In this document: positions 54,376 through 64,000 of the stretch, piece after piece
Layout: every line of letters begins with the position of its first letter
How positions within the stretch are numbered: position 1 is the stretch's first letter
From: Rebecca billardiae RCC1528
Lineage: Eukaryota; Protista; Haptophyta
Length of the DNA stretch: 64,000 nt
Direction of reading: 5' to 3'
Assembly: GCA_965240325.2 (NCBI GenBank)
Contig: OZ251247.1
Location: forward strand, 992,001 to 1,056,000
The notes under the pieces: generated by a model
What the model saw: only the letters and a program-made list of their open reading frames with translations
What the model was told of the DNA's origin: nothing
Database searches by the model: none
Position numbers and translations under genes: made by a program

Positions 54376-56911
54376 ATGTGTATTGATGGCCGGCGGTTCA
54401 TTCTTCAAATCAAGGTACCCGAAAAGTTCGTCGCGAGAATGGATTCGGGCGCTTGTTATTACAGTGTCGGTATTAATTCATCGAATGAGAAACGGGTAGA
54501 TCGACCAAACCGAGCTCAGAACCGGAGTGTACCGAGCTCAGGCGATGTACCATGGTACATTTTGGTACACTTTGGTACAGGTTGGTACATTTTTCAAGTG
54601 TACCAACGTGTACCAAAATGCTGTACCAAACGTATCGAAGTGTACCAGTTCGCACCCAGATATGTACCAGGTGTACCAAATCCGACCCAAATGTACCAAC
54701 TCGTCCAAAGAATGTACCAACGTATCCTAAAAGGTACCAAAAATGTACCAAATGTACCAACTCTCCTGCAAATGTACCAGCAACGGAGCGTGGCGTCGCA
54801 AGCGGCGCATTCCACGCCCGTGCCTGGCCGGTCGACTGCACGCTCGCGCGGTCGAGCATGTGCTGGGCTGCGTACGCTGCAGCACACACGCGTCGTGCAG
54901 CGCGCGGTGTGCGCCCGCTCCCCGCCCCTGCTCCCGACGCAAGGGCCGCTGCGGCGGTCGTGGCTGCGTGCCGAGCCACGTGCACGCCTGGCACGAGTGA
55001 AAAGGCCCGGTGCGTGGGTGCGCGCACACAGTCACGCGCAGTGGCGCGGGCGCAGCGCATTCGAGCGATCGCGCACGCGTGCGCGTTCCGCTCGCCCACC
55101 GCGCGCGGCCCGCTGAGCGCGCACGCGCGCGCATGACGGCATCTGCCGGCTGGCGACCGCTGCGGCGGTGCCCGTGGCGACGCACACGCGGCGCATCAGG
55201 CAGGCGCATCAGGCCGGCGCGGCCGACCTAGGCCTGTGCGTCGTCCGCCGGCGGCCGCGCCACATCTGCCCTTAGGCCGGGCGCAGCAGCGGGCACGCCA
55301 CCTGTCGTGTGCGGCATGCTGGTGGCTGGCTGCTGCAGCAGCCAAGCCGCCGCGTGCCTCGCGCTGCCGTAGTCAGCTTGCCGGGTGGCCAGGCGCGAGT
55401 AGAGAGGGGTGAGCACGGCATCGGCTTTCCCACCCTCCTTAGCCGTCCCCAAGCTTGCGAAGACGGGGTGAGTCGGCGGATGTCCGCCGTCATCATGACG
55501 GCCTCGACACTGGTGTCGCGCTGTTAAACTTGGAGGGATTGCTCGAGCTCTGATGCTTATTAGGATAGCGCCCGCTCGCGGCACCCGCTCGGCCTCCCGC
55601 AGGGGCTCGTCGTGCTTGAGCTCGGGGTCAAAGTGGTCGTCCCACGTAACGTCGTCGATGTCGAGCGTGCCCGCCATAAAGACTGGCCGCAGCAGAGAGC
55701 CTCGATGGAGGCCGTTTTGAACGCGCTCGCGCGCGGCGAGGTGAGCTGTGTAGGGTCGTTCGGCGCTGTGGGCGCCTCGAGGGCGTCAAGGTAGACCGCG
55801 CCCAAGCGGCTGTCGCCCCCTGGATCGGCCTCTCCGCGCCGTGCGAGGCCGCGGCGCGCGGGCGGTAGACGACCTCCTGTCTGACGGCCGAAGGTCCGAG
55901 TGGTCAAGCCCCAGTGCGTTTCGCCAGCGGCGCACGCCAGCCTGACGGGCGGCCGGGCCCCGCGTTTCCGCAAATGCGCGAAAATCTTTTTTTGCGTCGA
56001 TTTCACGGTAGGCGACCACTCGGACCTGGCGCAGTCAGGAACAAGCTATGAGAGAGCCGCCGAAGCGGCCAGTCTTTATGTCGATGATGGGCGCACTCGT
56101 GCCCCGCACGACTCGTCTAGTACATTGGGAAGCAGCCGAGTCAGCCGCGATCGCGGTCCGGCACCTTGATGTCCTGGTACACTCATGAAGTGTACCAGCT
56201 CAGAATCGCTGGCTGCTGCTGTGGTACATTTTGGTCGTACATCTTGGGGATGAGTTGGCGGTACATTTGGTACATTTCTAGGCGACGTTGGTACATGTTG
56301 GTACATTCTTGGGAGGAGTTGGTACATTGTGGGAGCGCGGAGTTGGTACATTAAAAAATGTATACCAAAGTGTACCAAAGTGTACCGGCCATGGTACACC
56401 CAATGGCGCATTTGCTGGTACATCATTGTCAGGATGCGTTGGTACACATTGGTACACCATTGGTACACTACCATTATTGATGGTACATTTGGTACATCAT
56501 CTCTGACATGTACCAATATAGTGTACGACCAATATTCTGTACCAAAGTGTACCATGGTACATCCGCTGAGCTCGGTACACTCCTCATTCTGAGCTCGGTT
56601 TGGTGCCAACTCCCAATGAGAAACGCCAGGAGCGCAAGGCGGCGCGGCTGGCGGCCTCTCTGCCCGAAGCACCTGCGCCTGCTCCAGCTGCTGTCCCCCA
56701 CGCGGACCGAGACTCGTCCATGGACGACGACTCGGACGACGAGGATGCGCAGCAGTCGGGGGCAAAGCGTACCCTGCACGCCGCAGCAGCGCCAGCCGCC
56801 GCCAGCAAGCCAGCTGAGCAGAGCGGCAAGCGCGCACCCACGGCCGCGCAGGGCACACTCGGGGACGACTACATCACCGCCGGATCACCCGCCAGGGCCC
56901 AGCTCGGCTGA
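54376..56911 (+). pseudogene. Small ORF split by the 54494-56614 element (~134 aa if rejoined)
   Basis: The left flank reads ...VGINSSNEKR and the right flank NEKRQERKAARLAASLPE...MDDDSDDEDAQ, with the TSD read in the same phase on both sides. Confidence 0.35.
54494..56614. mobile_element. 2,121 bp Mutator/Foldback-like element with long TIRs and a 10-bp TSD; no intact transposase seen
   Basis: TSD AATGAGAAAC at 54484-54493 and 56615-56624. Termini GGG...CCC. TIR core ACCAAACCGAGCTCAGAA..GGAGTGTACCGAGCTCAG..GATGTACCATGGTACA. Dense TGTACCA/TGGTACA subterminal repeats at ~54530-54780 and ~56170-56580. Confidence 0.88.
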
Positions 56912-57571
56912 GACGGCCGTCTGACATCCGGACCTGCACCCTCGCGCTCGCTCGGGGCACAGCAGGTCCATGTGAGCCGCGCAGCGCAGGTGGATCGCGC
57001 TCCAGCAGCCGAAGGCCGCGCTCAAGCCGCCATTCGATCGTGGTCACTGACACGGTCACTGGCTATGCTCTGCCACCAGCGCCGACTTCGTGTCGACGAT
57101 CGGGCACTGCCGCCGCCCGACGAATCAGGCGGGGATCGACCGCCCGCGTCGTCCTACCTGTGTCGACATTAAATCATATATGTGGGGTTATTGGTACAAT
57201 AACTGATTGTCTAAGAGGACGACAAGAACGCCGGGCGCCAGCGCCGCTCATCAGCCACATCGCCCTCTACCAGACCATCGCCTCAAAGGGCGCTGCTCCC
57301 GGACAAACAGTCTGTCCGGGTTGTTCTGCCGCCCACCAGGAGATCGGTTTCCGGCGCCGGCCTCTGCCGCCTGCTTCGCCAGGCGCGGCGTGCGAGATGG
57401 CACCAGCCAAGCTCGTCCTGCGTCGCCGGCGGCGGCGGCTCGCACGCGGGTGGCGCGTCGCGTGCACCGACCGTAGGAACACACGCAGCCGCCGCCTCTG
57501 CATCGACATGCCAGGCGGCGTGCCCACCTTCGGCCAGCAGTTGGCGTCGGCGTTCACGAGGACGGCTAGAC

Positions 57572-57618
<47 letters not shown>

Positions 57619-57623
<5 letters not shown>

Positions 57624-59337
57624 GACGTCAGTTGTATTGCCGCTTTGGATAGTGTGGTCAGTTGTATTGCCAAAAGCACGTTATGACTACCGTGGTCAGT
57701 TGTATTGATTGCCGTTTTCAGTAGTATGGGTCAAGAATATTGCCGCCGCTTTTGGATAGTGTGTCAACAATATTATTGCCCCTCGAATACTGGTTTCAAA
57801 CCAATGACCCTTTCACACTACTTGGTTCACGAATATTGCCGTTTTCGAGCTTGAACATAGTCTGCTCAGAAATATTGCCGCCCTTATTTCCATAACTATG
57901 TGTCGATCAGTTGTATTCAGCCGCCAGCAGCTGGTGGCTGGGGCACGACTCGCACTCAGACAAGAGACTCACGCAGCCAGGGTGCGCGTGCGTGCAGAGC
58001 TGCGACTGCCTGCGCGCGGCATGCAGGATACGCGACTGCAACCAACCGACATGCCATCATCATGCGGCCTGCGTAGCTCATCTTGACTTCCAGTAGCAGT
58101 CGGCGCTTCCCGTCGCCGTCGCGCTTGCCGCCCGCCGGCGGCCGGCCGCCAGCGCCATCGGGACTGCTGCTACTTCAGCGGCCACGTGAGCCGCATCGCG
58201 TCCCATGCCGCTGCACGCGCCGCCTCAAGCTGCGACCGCGCTCGCCAAGCCTGCCACTCGGGTTCCAGCAGCAGCAGGAAGCGTCGCCTGCCCCTCCTGC
58301 TTGCTGGCTCGTCGAGGCGCGCGCGGCGCACCGCCCGCCGGTCGGTGCGTTGTGTCCCAGCTGGCAGCACGCCTTGGACTTCCTCCTCCACGGGCCAATC
58401 AGCCTGCGTTGACGAGTGCGCCTGGCGCACGGTCAGCCACCTGCACACGGTTGGCCACAGGGCAGTCTGCTGTTGGAGTGATGACAATCGCAAAAAGGCA
58501 CGCGCCAGCAGTGTTGCACGAGCGAGAGCGACGCGCGTTGGTTGATCGCCACGGTTTGAATGACAGTTGATGGCAGGCAGTGAGGGGGACGCGCGTCGCG
58601 TTGGTCAAGCTCCTTGGGGCCGTTGTGCACGTTCGACTCCCGCGAATCGGGGCGCAGCAACACACGCTCACCCTGCTTCACGCATGCACCTGCATGCGCT
58701 GCCGTCGCAATGTCATCGACTGCGCGCTAGACGGTCCCGGAGTCGAAGTGAGCACGGAGCAACGCCGATTCGATAGAAGTCGCGACGGATTCTCGCCCGT
58801 CTCCGCGTAGACGGCGAGTAGCCCGAGGTGCACGCGCGTGTTGCACTGCGCGCGCATGCGGCAGCGTTTGTGCAGATTCCGGTCCACGGTTCAGGTCGTC
58901 GTTCGGCTTGATGATGTCAAGGAACACGGCGCTACCCCGGCAAAGATCGTCGTCGTTGAACCTCACTCTTCTGGCCTGGGATCAGCTAGGCCTTCTCAAG
59001 GGCACGCCGCGCACGCCGGCGGCGCGTGGGCGCCAGCGCCATCATCAGCGCGTGGGCGATCGCGGCAACAAACCTGAATCAAAGATGCGCGCAAACGGCA
59101 ACACAACTGACCCACACTACAGTACGCGGGGCAATACAGCTGGACAAAGTATTGGGCCATCATCATCCATCACGGCAATACACCTGACACAAGTATTCGA
59201 CGTTGGCAACACGATTGACACGTGCTGATTCTCAAACATGGGAAACGGCAATACAACTGACCACGGTAGTCAAAACGTGCGTTTGGCAATACACCTGACC
59301 ACACTTTCCAAAACGGCAATACAGCTGACATTATCTC
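57619..59337. mobile_element. ~1.7 kb Mutator-like element with ~100 bp TIRs, sitting in TA/GA microsatellites
   Basis: Left end GAGACGACGTCAGTTGTATTGCCGCTTTGGATAGTGTGGTCAGTTGTATTGCCAAAAGCACG; right end reverse-complemented GAGATAATGTCAGCTGTATTGCCGTTTTGGAAAGTGTGGTCAGGTGTATTGCCAAACGCACG. Repeated TATTGCC motif. Flanked by (TA)n(GA)n at 57572-57618 and (TA)n at 59338-59360. Confidence 0.85.
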
Positions 59338-59499
59338 ATATATATATATATATATATATAGAATAGAATAATATGATGATGATGACGATGATGATGATCG
59401 ACGATATGTATGAGTTATTCATCGCACGCATTGCGGTCGCATGCTCAATCGGTCACACAGCAGCATCATCAACGATATTTCTGCTGCTTTTTTAAAGCG

Positions 59500-60950
59500 T
59501 CCGCGCGGCCCGGTGGCGCGGCCTGCGGCGCGGCCGGCGGCGCGGCTGACAGCGCGGGCGATGGCGCGCCAGGTGGCGGCGCGTCCGACGGCGGCACGCC
59601 CGACAACTGCGCGCCAGGCGGCGGTGCGCCCGGCGACGCGGCCGGACGCGGCCGGCGGCGCGGCTGGCAATGCGCCTGCGGGCGCGGGTGCTGGCGGCGG
59701 CGCGGGCGGCGCGGGCGGCAGCTGCAGTGGCGTGGCTGGCGGCACAGCTGGCGCTGGCGTCCGCGCGGCTGGAGGCGCGGCCGGAGGTGCGGCCGGCAGC
59801 GCGGACAGCGGCGCGGCTGACAGCGCTGGCGATCGCGCGGCCGGCGGCGGCGCGGCCGGCGGCGGCGCGGCCGGCGGTGGCGCGGCCGGCGGCGGCGCGG
59901 CCGGTGCGGGCGGCAGCAGCAGCACTGGTGGCAGCAGCAGCGGCAGCTGCGTGGCTGGCGGCACCGCTGGCGCTGACGTCCGCGCGGCCGGTGGCGCGGC
60001 CGGCGGCGCGGCCGGCGGCGCGGCCGGGGGCGCGGCTGGCAACGCGGGCGCGGGCGCGGGCGCGGGCGGCGGCGTGGGCGGCGCGGCCGGCAGTGGCAGC
60101 GGCGTGGCTAGCGGCACAGCCGGTGCTGGCGTCCGCGTGGCCGGTGGCGCGGCATGTGGCGCGGCCAGCGGCGCGGCTGACAGTGCGGGTGGTGGTGCGG
60201 CTGGTGGCGGCGTGGCCGGCGGCGGCGCGGCCGGCGGCGGCGCGCAGCAGCGCGGCCTCGGTGGCAGCACTGCCTCGGCAGGCGGCAGCGCGGCCGGCGG
60301 CGGTTTTGGCGGCGGCGCCGAGGCGGCCGACTACGCGGAGGAGCAGAAGGCCATCGTGGCGTACACCGGCGCTTACGTCAGCCTCGCCAGCCTCGCCGAC
60401 CAGGGCTCGCACAACGTCCCACCGCTCCGCTTCAACGTCTGGGCGGTCACGGAGGCGGGCGGCGCAGGCGGCGTCTCGCCTCAGGCGGCGGGGGCGCCTC
60501 GTGCAGCTCGCGGACGAGCAGGTGCAGGGGCATTTCGTGCAGGTGACCAAGCGCGCGATACCGCTCGTGCACGCGCGCACGTCACTCGACGCATTCGTCC
60601 ACAAGTACGCCGAGGGGAAGAAGTCGACGGCGGAGCCGCATTCATCTCGACGGTCGCGCAGCTCGTGCGCCGCGTGTCGCTGGCGACGTGGGCAGAGGAG
60701 TTCGGCGACAAGGTGCGGCGGCTCTGGCTGTGAACTGAGAAGTACTCGGCGCCAAGCGGCAGCGCGCGAATGGCAGCGCAGGGCGGAGACAGTGACGCGA
60801 TCGACCTGATCGCGGAGTGCATCACGGCGCGCAAGCTCCTGCGCGAGGAGGCTGGGCTTCCGGAGAAGGAGTTTATTTCGTAGTCGGCACTCAGGAGCAA
60901 ATTGATGATGGCTGCGCGCTCGGACCGCTCGGTGACGGTACGTACGTAGT
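59500..60950 (+). pseudogene. Disrupted gene with a Gly/Ala low-complexity N-part and a globular C-part
   Basis: Protein-like text passes through frameshifts and stops: DYAEEQKAIVAYTGAYVSL.. / LVQLADEQVQGHFVQVTKRAIPL.. / FISTVAQLVRRVSLATWAEEFGDKVRRLWL*TEKYSAP..IDLIAECITARKLLREEAGLPEKEFIS*. Confidence 0.5.
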
Positions 60951-61282
60951 GATTTACGGCGCGCGGACGATGATGCCGCGCGAGACGGCAGCGGGGCTGG
61001 GTAGCGGCAATGGGGCCGTCTGACGCATTGCGCCGCGCAGGCATGGCAAGGCGGGGGACCAGCCGCGTCGGCCGCCGCCGCGCGCGCGCCGCCTCCTACT
61101 AGGTGCGCGCGCGCAGCGCATAGCAGACGACATTATTATTTTTTGAATAATCTGCTAATAAAGTTAATAATAATAATAATATAATAATAATACATCTGGC
61201 CGCTGGACACGCTGTAATAACGCGCGGCCGCGCTTTAATGAAAAAGAATAATAAGTCGTTGCTGTGTGCGTTTTCGTCATCA

Positions 61283-62132
61283 TCACTGCGCGCGGTGTTG
61301 CAGCGCCTCCGCCTGCGGATGGCTCGGCGCGCCCGGAGGCGGCTGCATCCCGCACCCGTACCCCGCCGCCGCCGCCGCCATCGCCGCGTGCGCGGCGCCG
61401 CCGGGCGGCGCGCCCATGCCCGCGCCGAGCGGCAGCGGCGGCTGCAGCGGCCCCACCGCCACGCCGAGCTGCGGCTGCGCGTGCTGCGCGTGCGGCGGCG
61501 GCTGCGCGTACGGGTGCGGCGCGCCGTGCGGCGGCGGCCCGCCGCCGGCCATCGGCGGCTGCAGCAGCGGCGGCGGCGGCTGGCGGAGCAGCTGGCGCTG
61601 CTGCAGCAGCGCGGGGTGCAGGTGCGCCGCCCCCTGCGCCGCGTGCTGCTGCTGCTGCTGCTGCTGCGCGGCCGCGGCGGCGTGCGCGTGCGCCGCCGCC
61701 GCCGCGTGCGCGTGCGCCGCCGCCTGCGCCTGCGCCTGCTGCTGCTGCGCCGCGGCCGCGTGCGCGTGCGCCGCGGCGTGCGCGTGCGCGGCCGCCGCGT
61801 GCTGCTGCGCGTGCGTCACGCCGAGCGCCGGCGGCTGCTGCGCCGCGCGGTGCGCACCCCCCGGCGAGCGCGGCGGCGGCTGCTGCGGCTGCGCGCCGCC
61901 CGCGTAGTCCGGGTAATCCGGGTAATCCGGGTGGCCGCCGGGCGGCGGCGCGAGCCCGAGCGCGCCGAGCGCGCCGCCGAGCGCCTCGTCCGCCACGCCG
62001 CCGCCGCCGCCGCCGAGCGCGGCCGAGCGCGCGTGCTGCTGCTGCTGCGCCGCCCACGCGCCGCCACCGCCGCCGCCACCGCCGCCGCAGAGGTGGTGCG
62101 CGCCCGGCTGCAAGCTCGCGGCGACCCACGCG

Positions 62133-62171
<39 letters not shown>

Positions 62172-62383
62172 AGCGCGGCGCGCGGCGGCGGCGGCGGCAT
62201 CAGCCGCTGCTGCTGCTGCTGCTGCTCGGCGGCGGCGGCGGCGGCTGCGTCAAGCTGTGCCTGCTGCTGCTGCTGCATCAGCTGCTGCTGCTGCTGCATC
62301 AGCTGCGCCTGCGCCTGCGCCTGCGCGTCGGCCGGCGGCGCGGGCGGCACGCCGCCGCCGCCGCCGCCGCCGGGAGCGACGGC

Positions 62384-62419
<36 letters not shown>

Positions 62420-63917
62420 GGTCGCCGCCTCGTGCTCGCGCCGCTGCCGCTCCGCCTGCTGCCGCGCCTGCGCGCGCGCGCGCGCCACGCCGGCGGCGCG
62501 GTGTGTGCGCACGGGGGCGGCGCGGGCGCGGGCGCGGGGCACGAAGGGAGGGCAGGCGGTGAGCGCGAGATTGCAATCTCGCGCGCGCCGGCGCGCAGTT
62601 GCACCCTCGCGCGCGGCGCGGCGCGCGCGGCGCCGCGCGCGAGATTGCAATCTCGCGCACACCTGCGCGAGCGCCGCGGGCGCCTCCGCCTCGCGCGCCG
62701 CCTCGTCCGCCGCGTTGGCCGCGCCGATCTCCGCCGCCACGTCCGGCGCGTCCGCCACCGCCGCCACGTCGAACGAGTCCGGGGAAAGTCCGGACGCGTG
62801 CCGGTCCCACGCGTGCGCGAGCGACTCCTCCCACTCCGCCACCCACGCGCGCGTGTTGAACAGCGGCGTGCTGAGCCGGTTGGCCCACAGCCGCGCGCGC
62901 AGCTCGGCATACGACCCCAGGTCTGTCGCCCAGCGCACCGCCTTCTCCTCATACTCGCGCATCGACTCGGCCACCATCTCCGGGCAGCCGATCGCGTGGC
63001 ACAGCGACGCCGCCACGCGCGAGCTCATGTGCGCCTGCATGCACGTGAGCATCGGCACCCCGCTCCACAGACAGTCGGTGCCGGTGGTGTGGCCGTTACA
63101 CACCGGCGTGTCGAGGAACAGGTGCGCCACGCACGAGCGCGCGATGTAGTGCGCCTTCTCGGCGACGTTGGTGAAGACGACGCGCTCGCGCGGCACGCCG
63201 CGCGCCTCCGCCTCGCAGTGCACCGCCGCCTGCGCCTGCGGCGGGAAGCGCAGCAGCCACAGGTACGAATGCGGCACGCGGCGCAGCACCGCGCACCACA
63301 CGTCAAACGTCGCCGGGTCGAGCTTGTACAGCTGGTTGAAGCAGCAGAATAAAAAGCCGGTGGGCGGGAGGCCGAGCTCGAGCCGCCGGCCCGCCACGTC
63401 CGCCGCGCCCGCGAGGCCGGTGCCCGCGGTGGGCGGCGGCGGCGGCGGCTGCGGCGCGCCCGCGGCCGCGGCGGCGGCGGCGGCGGCGGTCGCGGCCGTG
63501 ATCGCCTGCGAACCCGCCGCGCCCGCGTGCGGGCCCACGCCCGCCGGTCCGGCGTGCGCCGCCGCGGCGGCCGCGGCGCGCGCCGCGGCGACAAACGGCG
63601 CCGCGGCGGGCAGCGGGCTCGGCGCGCTCGGCGGCGCCGCGCGCCCAAAGTCGTCCGGGCGCACGCACGCCTCGGGACGCAGCAGCGGCAGCGCGCGCTC
63701 ATCGTACGCCTGCCGGTGGTCGTTGACGAAATACGAGTGCGGCATCCGAATGATCTTCTCGCCGTACGCCCACTCGAGCTCGGGCGGCGTGACGACGCGG
63801 TCGCTCACCAGGTAGTCGATGTACGCGGCGCCCATCGTCGCGGGGAATCCCATGTACAGCAGCTGCACGCGCGCGGGGCGGAGCGCGAAGATCTCGTTGC
63901 GCGCGCCCTTTGTGTAG
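61283..63917 (-). CDS. OGT: O-GlcNAc transferase (GT41, SEC/OGT type), 3' exons; 5' part lies beyond the window
   Basis: YTKGARNEIFALRPARVQLLYMGFPATMGAAYIDYLVSD..YGEKIIRMPHSYFVNDH; FCCFNQLYKLDP..W..VLRRVPHSYLWLLRFP; LFLDTPVCNGHTTGTDCLWSGVPMLT..SRVAAS. Acceptor CAG at 63920-63918. Probable 195-nt intron at 62468-62662. Confidence 0.93.
62468..62662 (-). other. Probable 195-nt GT-AG intron in OGT holding two copies of the palindrome (62567-62580, 62641-62654)
   Basis: Minus strand reads GCGCAG|GTGTGC...GCGCAG|GCG. Removing it deletes an Arg/Ala-rich, non-protein-like stretch and joins ALAQ to ARQQAERQRREHE in frame. Confidence 0.7.
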
Positions 63918-64000
63918 CTGCGCGCGCGGGGCGGTGTGTGTGTGTGTGTGTGTGTGTGTAGGGGTGTAGTAGGTAGGGGTAGGGGTAGGGTTGGGGTGGT
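63918..64000 (-). other. 3' part of an OGT intron with a (CA)n microsatellite and degenerate telomere-like repeats
   Basis: (TG)n at ~63934-63958 and GTAGGG-type repeats on the + strand, upstream of the acceptor. Confidence 0.75.

Noticed and set aside
59419-60270. Minus-strand 283 aa Pro/Ala-rich ORF
   Set aside because: Low-complexity shadow; the globular-looking sequence next to it is on the plus strand.

Overview
Very GC-rich eukaryotic genomic DNA with GT-AG introns, microsatellites and TTAGGG tracts. The style suggests a haptophyte-like alga, but that is inference only. From left to right: (1) a ~208-214 bp tandem satellite (1-~3300) running into transposon-like ends at TA microsatellites; (2) nine intact, intronless, minus-strand F-box-like/RCC1 beta-propeller genes (6290-31753), whose differences cluster at equivalent loops of each blade and are shuffled between copies; the array is split by a 7.7 kb nested TIR element (20351-28081); (3) a ~6,430 aa ORF with signal peptide, DUF4832-like glycoside-hydrolase head, ~2,800 aa Ser-Pro stalk, IPT/REJ/EGF/GPS polycystin-1-like body, TM helices and EF-hands; (4) an F-box-like gene; (5) two Mutator-like TIR elements; (6) a pseudogene; (7) the 3' part of a SEC-type O-GlcNAc transferase. 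The two most unusual signals are the diversified F-box/RCC1 array (a candidate variable receptor repertoire) and the 14-bp palindrome GAGATTGCAATCTC, which recurs 8 times exactly in three unrelated genes, twice at the junction of in-frame tandem duplications.
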